From the NCBI GenBank assembly GCA_028023455.1, contig JAQFVV010000006.1, forward strand, positions 19,034,001 to 19,098,000: a DNA stretch of 64,000 nucleotides. Reading direction: 5' to 3'. This stretch comes from Epiperipatus broadwayi (lineage: Eukaryota > Animalia > Onychophora). Below are positions 22,368 through 35,673 of the stretch, in pieces; positions within the stretch are counted from its first letter, which is position 1; each line of letters starts with the position of its first letter. The notes under the pieces were generated by a model. The model did no database searches. It had not been told where the DNA came from and worked only from the letters and a program-made list of their open reading frames with translations. A program made the position numbers and the translations under genes.

Positions 22368-25300
22368 TTATCTTTTCGACATATATGTGTTCAAGTGTAT
22401 CAGTGTTATGAGATAGAGTGGAGAGTGGTGGGTCGGTGCTCTTATACCCCATATATATTATAGCTTAAGATTCATAATTCAGAAATAAAGACCTCATAAT
22501 ATAATAGTTAATGCATTTTGTAAACAGACTTGGTAAACTTTTTTTTTTCAAGCTATAGGCAGACAAGTTTTTTTTCCAGATACAATGGGCCCATATGTAA
22601 TCTATTTAGACATCTGATATTAGCCATTAAATAGATATCTAACCATTATTAGTTAGAGGGGAATGGTCACATGATAATATGGATTGGTAGATTATTATTG
22701 CTATGCTGACTGTATAAACAAAAAAAAGCACTTGTAATATGATGCAACTTTTATCCGTGTTGTATATCATCCTCTTATGAGTGATGAATCCATGGTTTAA
22801 TTTTTAATTTTAAGCTAAGAGCATGGTTTAGAAAAAAGGAATAATCAAATTAATATATATAAAAAATAAATAAATTTTGCATTAAATTTTTTTATTTATT
22901 TATATGTTATAATGGGTACTGTATTTTACATTATATATATGATTTGGCTCAATTACCTTAAGCTTTATTCAAATGATCCAGTGTGAAAAATTTTAATTAA
23001 TAATAATTATAATATTAAAAAAATCAGTGCATAAAATCACTAATAGCGTGAAATGGTTGTTGGATTATAATTTTCCAATTAAGTAATAGCTCGCCAATAA
23101 ATATCCTGAAAGTGATGGACTGTTGAGATACACTTGAAAATCTGGTAGAGTGGATATGAAATTCATAAATATTTTATCATACAGTCTAGTGGCAATTATG
23201 TTTAAACTGATCATTTAATAGTATTAAACCAATTTGGAAGTAGAAAAATATTTAGTATTTTATTATTATTATTAAACAATAATTACAAGAAAGAAAACAA
23301 TTTATAATTCTTCTAAATTTTGTAAACAATCTTCAAATATATTGTATTGCAATTTAAATTGATATGAAACAGTCTAATTAGTTATCACTAGAGGGAGAAA
23401 TATTAATTTATTTACACTGTTCAGTTATTGGTCCATTTAGTACCATAATGCAATGTAATACAAGGTATAAATAATTTAACAGTAGGGGGGGGGGCATCAA
23501 GAAAGAAAATCAGAATAAACAGGACTTCAATATCTACACCTATAAAATAAAGAAAGAGCTGAAAAATCGGTATAATTGAAATTTACTTGAACAAGATATT
23601 GTCTATTTAAAAACATGGAATAAGAAACCTTAAACCTTGTGTTCATTTCCTCACTATTTTCCATCGATTTATAGTTCCTGAGATTCATACTGGAGAAAAG
23701 AAAATGTCAGCCATATGGATAATTATTTGTCCCAACAAATACTACTTCAAACTAAGAACTAATCAGAAAGTGTAAGCAATTACTTTTATTTATGTTAGCC
23801 AGTTTTCATATTTAAAAATGATACAAAAGATATTTAAAGTAGCAAGGAAAGGAAAAAGAAGAAAATGTTTTTTTTTTTCGTGCTCTTTATAATAAAGAAA
23901 ATATGTTTGCTTATAAACTATAATCTTAATAGAATTTAATTAGAAATAATTTTGAAGAAAAATGTGAAAAGATAAAGTAAACAAACTAAGAAGTCATTTT
24001 AAGTAGTATAAAGTTTAATCAATTTAGAAAGAAAAATGCGTGAACTTATTTCCTATTTTATTAATTAAAGAAGAAAAATTGTCTGCAGATTTTGTTTAGC
24101 GATAATTTGCTTAGTTATTGAAAATGGAAAAGTTACAGATTATAAATGCCAAGGATGTCATATTTATTGAATAAATTCTTACTAGTATTAAAAAAATGTA
24201 TTAATTCGCTGATAAAAATAAATAAATATTTACTTCTAAATCTTTATTGTGTAACATGTGAATTGACAATAGTTTTAAATGTTTTAAAATGCCCAGATCA
24301 TCTTGAATTCCAGATCTTACCGCAGATGGGAAAAAAAAATCAATAAATGATTTTAAAAAATTGATCTTGTTAATCATAATAAACCTATAAATTAATTTAA
24401 GGAACATTATCTACAGAAAGTGGGGATAAACATTTTTAATTGTGCTACACTTGGAAGTGTTTGAATTTTGTTTCGCTATGCTAGCATTGAATATAATAAT
24501 CATATATATCTATATATGTGTGTGTGTGCGTTACTTATGAATGTTTGCTCGTGATATCAGTTTCCTTATCATTCAGCTCATAATGATGGAACAAACTTTG
24601 AACTAAGAGGCATATAAATTAGAAAATAGTATTAAAGATAGCTTTAAAAAAATGATTTAAAGCCAAAGCATCACAATATTCCTTAAATGCCGAATCTCAG
24701 AATAGAGTTTAAAATGTATTAAACACACTACATTTATTACTGTTGTTTATTACCCTTTACTATAGAATTATATTATACTATAAAGTAAAATAAATATATC
24801 TAACTTCTATTATCACATGTAGACAGAAAAATTGTTTTATTTTTAGATAAGAGTATTTTGCAAACTTTTTATTTGTAAATTTGGACGTTCATAAGTCTCA
24901 ATTACTTATTATTTACATTACAATTACTCAACAACATGAGTATAAATTTCCAATGAATATCCCTGCATGTATTTATATTGAATATAGATATTGATTTTTT
25001 CCTTCCTTTGTATTTGTAATTTCAATTTTTAAATGTTTGTTCATCTATATATAACAAAATGGTTTCTTTCTTCTTTATAACCTAATGTTAAATGAACTTT
25101 CAGTGAAGTTCACCATAATAGTAACTACACTGAAACTGCACATAAAATTGCGTTATAAAGAAGAAGAAAACCACTTTGTTATGCAGACAAACAAACATTT
25201 ATAAATTTGAATTGTATATAGATAATGTATTGGCTCTTTTAATACAATGTGGAATAAAACATTTTTAATGGGACTGTAGATATATAAATGTTAAAAGTAA

Positions 25301-28300
25301 TAACATATCTTTCTCTTCATTAGCTTCCAAAATATATAATGGTCCAATAGTATTTTTCTAATCTAATCATTGTTTTAACAGTATATTTTCAATATCGTCA
25401 TTGATTTTGCAAAGAAAATGTAAAAAATAGTTATGCATCATTTATAAATGAAGGAAATATATACAGTAAATATGAAAACACTAACACTATTCAACCTAAT
25501 TGCCTTTTTCAGAATGTATAAATAATTTATTTGTACTGTATGCTAAAACTTAAATTCCATCACTAGTAATGAAATAATTCAATAAAAACAAATTTCTCAA
25601 TTTCCTGATTGATATATGATAAAACAAGATCATTTCTCTTCTATATTATCATCTATAATAAGCTTAATAATCAGTGATTATTATATGGGATTGTGTTTAA
25701 ATCCCCATTCTCAGATTTGTATTTGGCTTTCACATTTCTCAGTAAAACTTAGGATTCAAACCTGAAAGTAATGCAGTTATGTATCTAGTAACTGTCTTTG
25801 ATTCCATTCAGACAAAAACTGAATTTCAGAATACCCTAATGCTTTAAACCTAAACTAATCTGCTCAATACATTGACATTTCCAATCGAGAAAAACTGCCC
25901 ACAATTAATAAAAAAAGACCGGTGGTATTAAAATATATACTTACTGATTTAGAGTCAAATCTCTACAACTGTCTAAGCAGGTTGGCTTATATTCAAAATA
26001 TTAGGGTATTTTGGGTTTTTGGCTTTGGAATAGTTACTAATCAATAATAAAATCACGAATTAAATGTGTGTCTCTAAATGACCAGCTAAAAATAATTTAA
26101 GAACAAAAATAATTACCAAAACAATAAAGTAATAAAACTAAAGAAAATCTGATTACACAAGAATTCGATTGCCCATAATTAATCTGATTGTCAATAATTA
26201 ATCAACAATCGAATTCCAAAAAGAAATAATCAAATAAAACTCAAGAGATAAGATCAAGAAAACATGCCCATTGAAGATAGAAAATGAATAAGAAATTACT
26301 CCAGAAAACAAAGGGAAAAAAATGCTTTTTTTTTATCTGAGGAGGTTGGCAGTTTTGTTGCCTCGCATAAAAAGTTATACACACTGAAAGCAGCAGAGGA
26401 AGATGGAGTTTCTTTTTTCAGTTCCAGGATCTTAAAAAATAATTCTTGTATGCCAAGGCAAGAAGACGAGGAGAATTAGCCAGAGTGAGGAAATTAATCT
26501 TGGAGATACTCATGAACATTGCAAGTAAGCAAGAGACTTAATGACTATATTGTATATATGTTAAATATATTAATCTGTTTACAGTTATATGTATTGCCAG
26601 AATAATTGTTTATGTACATTAAACTTTCTCATAAAATTAAAACCATTGGATTATTGGTATTGAAATGGAGTAGAGTAATTCTTGAGACAATTGCCACTCA
26701 TATCTGTTGAGATAAAGTAACAAACTGGCACAATCACACAGTTGATCTAAACCCAAACGAGGATCTTTTCAACAACTAAAAATGTCATCTTTTGGACAAA
26801 CAACCATAAGCGAATTTGATGTGGAGAATGCTGCAGAGTGGCCACTATATATAAAACAGAAAACTTTTACCCTGAAAAATATACAAGAAAACAAAAGAAA
26901 AATGGCAGCACTCTTGTGCTTCTCGGGAAAAAAAGTTATAGAAATTATCAAAAAGCTTTTTGACTACACCAATAAAATAAAATACACAGAGTTAGTCAAG
27001 AAACTGACAGAGAATTTTAGTCCCCAGCCCTCCCATCACATAGCCCAGTTAAAACTAAGGAATATGAAAGTCTAAAGGGGAATCAATAAAAAACTATAAT
27101 TTAGCCTTTAGAGGTTTGGCTAGGGATTGCAGATATGGACACTATATCAAAGAAATTCTCCTAGATCAATTACTCTGGAGTATGTACAGCAACAGATTGA
27201 GAGAACAATTATTAATGGATACAGACTTAAAGTACCAGAGCACAATCCAGAAAGGAATGGCTTATGAACTAATAAGTGAACAAGCTCAAGCTTTTAAAAG
27301 TACAACGGAAGAGATAAATACCCAGATTTATAAAACTGACAGTAATCAGAATAACCCATGCAAACCAGATTTTGAAAAGGGAAATAAAATGGCATGTTAT
27401 TGCTGCAGGAAAACTAGCCATAGAGCAAGAGAGTACAGGTTTGAGAGAAGAAAAATGTTTTAAATGTGGAAATAAGGAGGGACACATTGTACGCGTATGT
27501 AGAAAACCTGATATAGGTGCAAACCAAGGAAAAGAGTGGAGTCAAAAGAATAGTGGAGATAAACCAAATAATAATTTTACTATTAGAAATACAAGAATGG
27601 AGGACAACAACAATTTATGATTGAATTGGAAATTTGCGGAGTTAAAATGAAAATGGAAATAGATAGTGACTCGGGGATATCTATAATATCAGACATAGAT
27701 TGGAGAACACTATCAGCAGCAGACCTTGGATTAATACTGAAAAAAACAGCATAAAAGCCTGAGATGTAAGCGGAAATGCATTAAACCTACTGGAGAAAAT
27801 ACAAACTCTGGTTAAATACCGTAATAAACTAAATACATTACCGTTATGCCCTATAATAGGCAGAGACTGCTTCTAAGCAATTGGAATTCAAGTTAACGTA
27901 ATAAAAAAATCTCCCTTGGAAGACAAATTAAAAATAAATATCCAGACCTATTTATCGATGAATTAGGCATGATAGCCACAAACCCCATAGAGGTGGAGTT
28001 AGTTGACAATGCACACCCCCACAATTTGTAAACTGTGGAAGATACCATATGCTCAAAGAACAAAAGTAGAAGAGAAAATCCATTCATTGGTCAATAAAGA
28101 TATTTTGACACCTATAGAAATAGCAGACTGGAGGACACCCATAGTCATAGTTACAAAACCCAACTGAAACATATGCATATGTGGCGATTACAGAGTAACT
28201 GTAAATAAGTTTCGATATAAAGGAGTGTACCCGGTACCGAACATAAGATAGGTATTAGCAAGTCTACAAAAAACACATTTTGCAAAACTGGATTTAAATT

Positions 28301-30643
28301 CAGTGTTTCACCAAATTCCAGTGTCAGAGAAAATGGCTGAAATATTAATGATCACAACATCTTTCGAATTGTTTAAGTGCAATAGATTGCCATTTGGCAT
28401 ATCAACAGCCACAAATATATTCCAGGTGAAAATTGACACACTATTGCAGGGATTTGAGGGCATATGCATCTAGAACCCTCATCAAGGCTGAAAAAAAACT
28501 ACAGACAAATAGACAAAGAAGCGTATTAAAGAAATTCCACCAATATATATATATACAGCAGATCATTTCAAATTATAATGTATCATAAGCTGTTACTGGA
28601 TATACTAGCAAGTGATAGGCTAGCCCCTGATCACCTGATCCCAAGAATGCTATGATGGAGGAATATACTAGCTGCAAATGACTACCAACTAGTATACAAG
28701 AAGGGAAGAGAAATTAAGCATGCAGATGCATTGTCCAGAAACCCCATCAGACAGAAAGCCTAAATGCATGAAATAGAGATCAACTATATAGTCTAAGCAA
28801 TCTGAAATCCTCAACAGTAAAACAGTGGGAAAATGGATGATAGAAGATAAAGGATATAGACTGCTAAACAACTGGATTAGAAATGGCTGACCAACAAAAA
28901 ACCACAAGATATGGCACTGGCCTTTTGGACCAATAGAAATGATTTGTCTGTTAGCAAAGATTGCATATTAATGTGAGACAGAGTAGTCATACCATCGAAA
29001 GGAAGGAATAAAGTTCTAAACTTGCTACATAAGGGACACCCAGGAATAGTATGAGCAAAACCTCTACCTTGCAGCTACATCTGGTGACCAAGAATAACAC
29101 GATATAGAAAATTATATTAAGAAATGCTCAGCATGTCAAACGCACAGTAACATGAAACCAAAAGAATATATACCCTAGTCCAAGGCAGAGAAACCAGACT
29201 TCACATTGACCATGCCAGTCCTATTAATGACAAGATATTGTTAGTGTTGGTTGATGCATATGAGTGCACAAGAAACAATAAACTACAAAAAGCGATATTT
29301 TCATGTTACAGATTACTGGAAGTAATAGTCACTGACAACACCATGGTATTTACAGCACAAGATATGGAGGATTACCTGAATGGCAATGGAATCAGACACG
29401 TGTGCACCCCCATATCACCCAGAATCAAACAGCATCATGCAGAAGACCATACAAACAATCAAAAATGCAATTAAAAAATCTCAGAATAACTGCATTCAAG
29501 AAATATTACATGAAGCAATGCTGTATCAACATGAAATGCCATCTACAACAAACAAATTGCCAGCAGAGTTGTTGGTGTTCAGGAAATTGCACATCAAATT
29601 AGACATGTTACAACCAAAACATGAGCATCTTCATCATACAAGTGAACAGAGAACATTTCAAATTGGTGAAAAAATATAGTTATGCATCACATTGCAAAAG
29701 AAGTGGATCAAAGGTACAATTACAGAAAAGAAATCCAGACAAATATGAACCACTGAAGACGGGAATGGGTAAATAATGCAAAAACACATAAACCATGTTT
29801 GTCATTGAATAGTAGAAGAGATGCTATTCACAACTACAATAATACTACACATGGAAGAACCAGAAAACCAAACCTGAGGCAGAGAGAGTGAACAAACAGA
29901 TCCAGATGCTGAAAAACAGAAAAAAGTACAACTGCAAGATTGTAGTGAAATGGAAACAAAAAATGGTGAACAACCCAGGGAGAGGCAAAAATCACCCAGA
30001 CCCCAACAAAGTAAAAGTAAACCAAAAAGGCTACAAGACTACATGTAAAACAAATGATTTCTGGAGTAATGGTAGGATTGGAATGGTTCCTAATCACTAA
30101 TAAAATCACTAATTAAATGTGTGTCTCTAAACAACTGGCTAAAAATAATTTAAGAACAAAAATAATTACTAAAACAGTAAAGGAATAAAACTAAAGAAAA
30201 TCTGATTAAACAGGAATTCGATTGCCCATAATTAATCTGATTGTCAATAATTAATCAATAATCAAATTTTAAAAAGAAATAAATAAAACTCAAGAGATAA
30301 GATCAAGAAAACATGCCCACCGGGGATAGAAAATGAATAAGAAATTACTCCAGAAATCAAAGGAAAAAAGAATGCTTTTTTTTTTATCTGGGGGGAGGTT
30401 TGGCAGTTTTGTTACCTCACATAGAAAATCTATATACACTGGAAGGCCCAACTCCTTTTTGCAGACCCAGGATCTTAAAAAAATAATTCTTGTGTGCCAA
30501 GCCCAGAAAACTGAAGGAGAATTAGCCAGAGTGAGGAAATTAACCTTGGGAAATATTCATGGACATTGAGAGTAAGTAAGAGACTTAGTGACTGTATTAT
30601 ATGTATGTTAAATATTTTAATAATCTGTTTATAATTATATGTA

Positions 30644-32006
30644 CACCTTTACCCCACTTAGCGATGGCAATTGGTCCTCCAAAACTCATTGCTAAGCAAG
30701 AATATCATAAACAGAATACATATTTTTAATGGGGGTCTATGGGGAAAAAATTGGTCGGTTCCAGTCAACGTAAAATATCCACATTGGTTCCAAGCTCAAA
30801 GATTTTCTTGATTTTTTCATGGTAATGATGACTAAATACGGTATCTAAAAAGAAAAGTTTGAGATCACTAGGAAAAAAAATGCATAATTTCACTGTTTAA
30901 AAAATACAATACAACAAAAAGAAAGAGAAAGTGAAACTAAATTTGAATTTAAGAGTTTTTATATTCTTCTGCAGAAGTTTTTCATCGTAATGAAAAAAAA
31001 TCCATATACTGAAGTGCATTTTTTAAAAATTTGTATTACAGTACATATTAGTGTACATTTATGTTTATTATTTATGTGAAATTATTCAAATTAAAAAACA
31101 ATGTTTAATTATAAATTATTTAATTGAACATAAAGATTTATTACTGTCCTCCAGAGTAACAAAAGGCTTAATGCCTATCGTAAATCAGTCAACTTTAAAA
31201 AAAAAAATCAACTTATATTAAAAGTAAAAAAATCTGTTCTAATTTTCTAAAACATACACCAAGTTTATATTTCTTACTGTATATTTTTAGTAATGTAATA
31301 GTGCCTCCCCTTCCCGTTTATGTAGAAATATTATTCATTAACATTTATTTTAAATGCAATCTCTTTTTCTTTTTAAACTTTTTTTTAATGTTTTTCTTTT
31401 GATTTGACTTCACTTGGGTGTTGTAATTAAGGAACACACTCATGCAATTTAATATTAGTATTTAGTGTTTTCCTGAAAGTTTGTGATGATGGTATTTTAG
31501 TTGTACTGTTTTCATCATCTAATATAAGTGTTGAATGTCTAGAAAAATTAAACTTTATTTAAATAATGCAAGTACTGTATATTATATTTAAGTAAAATTT
31601 AATTTTTCTAAAGACATTCAACACTTATATGTATACAATATTATAGATTCAGTAATTATATATTTTAAGTTTACACATTCTATATTCAAAATACTGAATG
31701 CAGCACTAACATTGTGTTTTATGAATAAAATATTGTATGTGCTATACAATTACAGCAAAATCATTACCTATATACATATACAGTAATGTACTTTTGCTTT
31801 TGGGTAAAATGAAATTAAAATATCTATTCTCTGATGTCATCAGTGATGCAAAATTCAAGATGGTTGCCAAAAAATATTTATAAAAAAAATTTTCCCAATC
31901 GTTATAGTGAATAATCGATTATAAATTGAAGTAGTGGGTACAAATTGATGATGATCGCTATTGTGAAATATTGCTAAGTAACCATTTGCTAAGAGGGGTA
32001 AAGGTG
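30644..32006. mobile_element. Non-autonomous TIR DNA element with 8-bp TSD inserted in the 3' LTR
   Basis: TIRs CACCTTTACCCC(A/T)CTTAGC.. of ~24 bp. TATATGTA is duplicated (30636-30643, 32007-32014) but single-copy at the matching site of the 5' LTR. Confidence 0.92.
31522..31630. repeat. ~110-bp internal hairpin
   Basis: atataagtgttgaatgtct-agaaaaattaaa ... tttaatttttct-aa-agacattcaacacttatat. Confidence 0.8.
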
Positions 32007-32779
32007 TATATGTATTGTCAGAATAACTGTTTATGTACATTAAACTTTCTCATAAAATTGAAACCATTGGATTATTGGTATTGAAATAGTAATTCTTAAG
32101 AAAATTGCCACTCGTATCTGTCGAGATAAAGCCAATATCAAGACATAACAGGCTTTTAACTTGAATAGTAATGAAATTGAAAGCTTTTACTGGATACTAC
32201 TTCCAGCTTTAAATCCAGAATGTCATTGATCAAGACAAAAGTCGGAAACCAATCTGATAATGGGGGTTTAAATGCATTACCATCTGTAATTACCAATTAT
32301 TTAAGTTTAGGAAGCAGCTGTTCTTATTTTGTTTCAGTTTAAAAGATAGAAAGCATTTTTAAGTTTCATTAATGATAAGATATTTATTTTGTATTAATAA
32401 AAATTTTATTCTTCAATAATTTGAGACATATTTTAATTAATACATATTAAAAGGTTGTACTTCATTAAAAAATATAAAAATGAATGCTATTATTTTATTT
32501 CTAAATAAAACTTGTTCTATGAGCATATTTTTAGGATTTTTTTATTGATTTGAAATCAGATCTATATCAATGCAGTTTGGATTAAGTTCAAAATCTTTGG
32601 GTGTTTGAATTTTAGACTTCTAACTTGAATAATACAAATGGAATTAAAAGTGGTTTCTAGATACTTAAGAGCTTTATTTTCAGTTTTGAACTCCAAGCCT
32701 CATTGATAAAGTTAAAAAAGCTATAAAGTAGTTCAAAATTTGGGTTTTAAATTCATTACAAATTGTTAATCACTAATTA

Positions 32780-34685
32780 TTGTAGAAAGGTATTCTTGAT
32801 AGCTGGAATAATACAAGAGTAAAGGTATTATTTAAAGAAAAGGGTAAGGATCATAGAAAGTTAAAACAATTATAGATCGATAGAGGCAATGTCGGTGTTA
32901 TATAAAGTTTTTGCATATATGGTGTTTGGAAGGGTGGCAAAATAAATGGAAGAAAATAATATAGTAAGAGAAATGCAAGGAAGTTTTAGATCAAATAAGT
33001 GCATAGGAAATAGTTTACTTGTAATTACACAACTTATAGATACGAGTAGAAATACAGGTAGACAGTTATGTATGGTCTTTATAGATATAGAGAAGGCATA
33101 TAATTAAGTGAATAAAAATAGATTATGGATGTTGAGTAAATTTGGGAATGAATGGAGCTTTAGTGAGTCTTATTAAGAGATTGTATGAAAATAATGACTA
33201 TATGTATTAATTAGAAAATATAAAATTAGAGTTAAAAGTGGGTGGACTAAAGCAAGGATGCCCTGTGTCACTTATTTTGTTTTTATTATATTTGAGAGAA
33301 ATGGAAAAATCAATAGAAAGACTAGGAACAGAATTAGAGATGTCATTAATTGATGGCAAAGGAGTGAATATATTATCAGATCTTTTATGTACTGATATTC
33401 TTTTGTGCACAGAAACTATGGAAGATATGAAAGTTATGTTGAAGACATGTGAAAGAGTGGGTAAAGAGATGCTGATTAAATTTAGTAAAGAAAAATCAAA
33501 AGTAATTATGAGAAATACTGGGAAAAGAGAAGAGAAATAATTTTTATTGGAAGATATAAAGTTAAATGTGGTAAATATGTATAACTATTTGGGAATCATA
33601 TTAAGTAATCAGAGAAATTGCTTGGATGAATAAAAGAAAAAATTGATAAATGAAGCAAAGAAAAGAAGAGAACTGATAAATATGATGTAGCAAGAATTGT
33701 ATGAAAGGGAGAGACAGTAGCAGAGTTAACTTATGGGTCAATGTGTTATATATTAGCAACAGGGTGTTAGATTACTTAGAAAAAGTACAAAGAGAAGACA
33801 TACATTAGATGCAGATGCATGGATGGCAAAGGAGGCAATTCAAGGAGAAATGGATGGTCAAGCTTTTATATGAGACATGCAAAAAGCAAAATAAAAATGT
33901 TTGGTAGATTGAAATTTATGGATAATAAGACAATAGCCAAAATAGTATTTAATTGGGTTATTAGTGAAGACAGGCAACAAAATGGGTGAGAAAGATAGTA
34001 TGGTATGCATAAGATTTGGATAAAGACTTCATGTCAGCATTAAGGTGGGATGACTGTGTTAGATGAATTATTGGGTGTTATAATGGCAAAGAGCAGGACA
34101 AAAGAATAGATGCATTAAAAAAATAGGAAGTTCGAGAGATGGAGAACTAGTATGGAGAGTAAAAAAAAGTTTAAATATATATAGAAGTAAACAGAATATT
34201 GGATGTGAGTTAATTTATGATAATAGTAAGGAAAGTAGTTTGCTTTTTAAGGCTCTAACAGGATCATTTGCAACAAAGAAATAGACACATAAATGGAGAA
34301 ATATGGGTGATTTAGTCTGCAAGTTATGTAAGGAAGGCATAAAAAATATGAGGAATCTATTAATTGAATGTAAATGCTTATAAGCAAAAAGGGTACAAAT
34401 AATGCAGTTGTGAACAAAATATATATAAACAAAGTGATTATACAGACAGTGAGTTTTTGGTTTTTATTCTGGGTTTGGAAAAAGATAAGGGGGATCTACA
34501 TATAAAGGTCATATGCACAAAAATAATGTTGAGTGGAAATGAGATGGAGCAGGATAAAGAAGAATATGGGAAAAATTTAGTGTGGAGAAATGGAAAGAGA
34601 AGGTGGCTAACAGGTTTCTCTGGCTATTGTGGGTGAGAGATTCCTGTCTCCAATAAAGAAGAAGCTATAAGGCATCAACACATGA
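32780..34685 (+). mobile_element. 5'-truncated decayed copy of the PHD/esterase LINE family
   Basis: GLKQGCPVSLILFLLYL..MKVMLKTCERVGKEMLIKFSKEKSK and the C-terminal CKLCKEGIKN are colinear with the copies at 43855-51400. Confidence 0.88.
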
Positions 34686-34923
34686 TTTACTTTAGTTTAA
34701 AAAATAGCAAGCATTAGTGGTAGGGATAAAGTTTTGTTTTTTTTTATTAATAAAAAGTTTTTTCTTAGGTGATTCAAGGCATACTTTAATTAACATATAG
34801 GAAAAAAATTCACTGTATTTAAAAATGTAAAAAATAATGTTATTTTATTTTTGATGATTACATTAAAACTTTTGTTATTTTATATTTCATTAACATATGC
34901 TCTATTTTCAGTTGATTATCTTA

Positions 34924-35673
34924 CTAATCTAACCATTCTATGGGTTTGAAGTTATCATGAACCATTTCTTCTTTAATGAAAAAAAATGAAAATGCATAAA
35001 TTTTTTCTTTGCATATGTTATGGGGGTAATATTCATGATTATAATGTTCACATTTAAATTCTTGAAAGCTGCTTAAAGGATAACCATCTTCTATGAATTC
35101 TCTACGCATGAAATTTAACATTTTTTTCATGATAATAATGTTATCAGGTAATATTTCAGTATTGGGTATTCCTAAGTAAATTTCAGCCAATTCTTTCACA
35201 CATTGATGATCCAATTTGTCTCTTATGATTGGTTTCTTTCCTAAATAAACCCGAATTAAAGCATTGGCTTCTACAGAACATTTATCAAATGCTATTTGTA
35301 AAATTCTTTTTTTCACTGCATTATAATTTAAATACTGAAACTGCTTTTGCCATTTTTTATAAATTCTGTATTTAAAAACATTATAGTCTGTCTGGAGCTG
35401 CTCTTTTAATTCTTGTAAACCAAATTTCTTTGCTTGATGATATACTTCTAGAGTTATGGGACCTTTAGGAATTATTCCATCTCGCAAAAAATCTAAAATG
35501 TACACAAATAAGTCTCCATTTGCATCAATAAAATAATTTTCTTCTGAATCTTTCTCTACCATTGTTAGATCTGAAAACATATTTGCTAAGAGTGATCCCA
35601 TGTATTTAGTTAATGTTGTTAAAGTTGTTGTAAACTTACGACCACCCACATTGAGGTTAATTATTGAAGGAAG
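34924..35673 (-). CDS. BTB/POZ (T1-type) protein, KCTD7/14-like; terminal coding exon (249 codons plus stop), upstream exon not located
   Basis: Uninterrupted ORF LPSIINLNVGGRKFTTTLTTL..LANMFS..YFIDANGDLFVYILDFLRDG..VYHQAKKFGLQEL, with C-terminal IYAFSFFF. It is preceded by a strong acceptor ctcatttttttgtatttttttcag (phase 0). Candidate AATAAA at 34844-34849. Orthology is not resolvable by eye. Confidence 0.88.
   Translation of the reverse strand, partial: LPSIINLNVGGRKFTTTLTTLTKYMGSLLANMFSDLTMVEKDSEENYFIDANGDLFVYILDFLRDGIIPKGPITLEVYHQAKKFGLQELKEQLQTDYNVFKYRIYKKWQKQFQYLNYNAVKKRILQIAFDKCSVEANALIRVYLGKKPIIRDKLDHQCVKELAEIYLGIPNTEILPDNIIIMKKMLNFMRREFIEDGYPLSSFQEFKCEHYNHEYYPHNICKEKIYAFSFFFIKEEMVHDNFKPIEWLD

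Larger units (their letters stand above)
21920..22460. repeat. ~540-bp head-to-head palindrome of hammerhead family 1
   Basis: Arms ~21920-22194 and 22202-22460 are reverse complements around a 7-nt loop (ctaattc). Each arm carries an outward-pointing hammerhead motif. Confidence 0.92.
26016..32135 (+). mobile_element. Mag-like Ty3/Gypsy LTR retrotransposon, decayed, partial internal deletion; LTRs ~26016-26722 and ~30070-32135 (the latter interrupted)
   Basis: The ~700-bp direct repeats are visible. gag from 26782 (FGQTTISEFDVENAAEWPLYI, knuckle CFKCGNKEGHIVRVC). Protease MEIDSDSGISIIS. RT ADWRTPIVIVTKPN..CGDYRVTVNK, FAKLDL, RLPFGIS. RNase H end KHADALSRNP. Integrase LHKGHPGIV, PYHPESN, FQIGEKI. 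LTR outer ends approximate. Confidence 0.9.
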
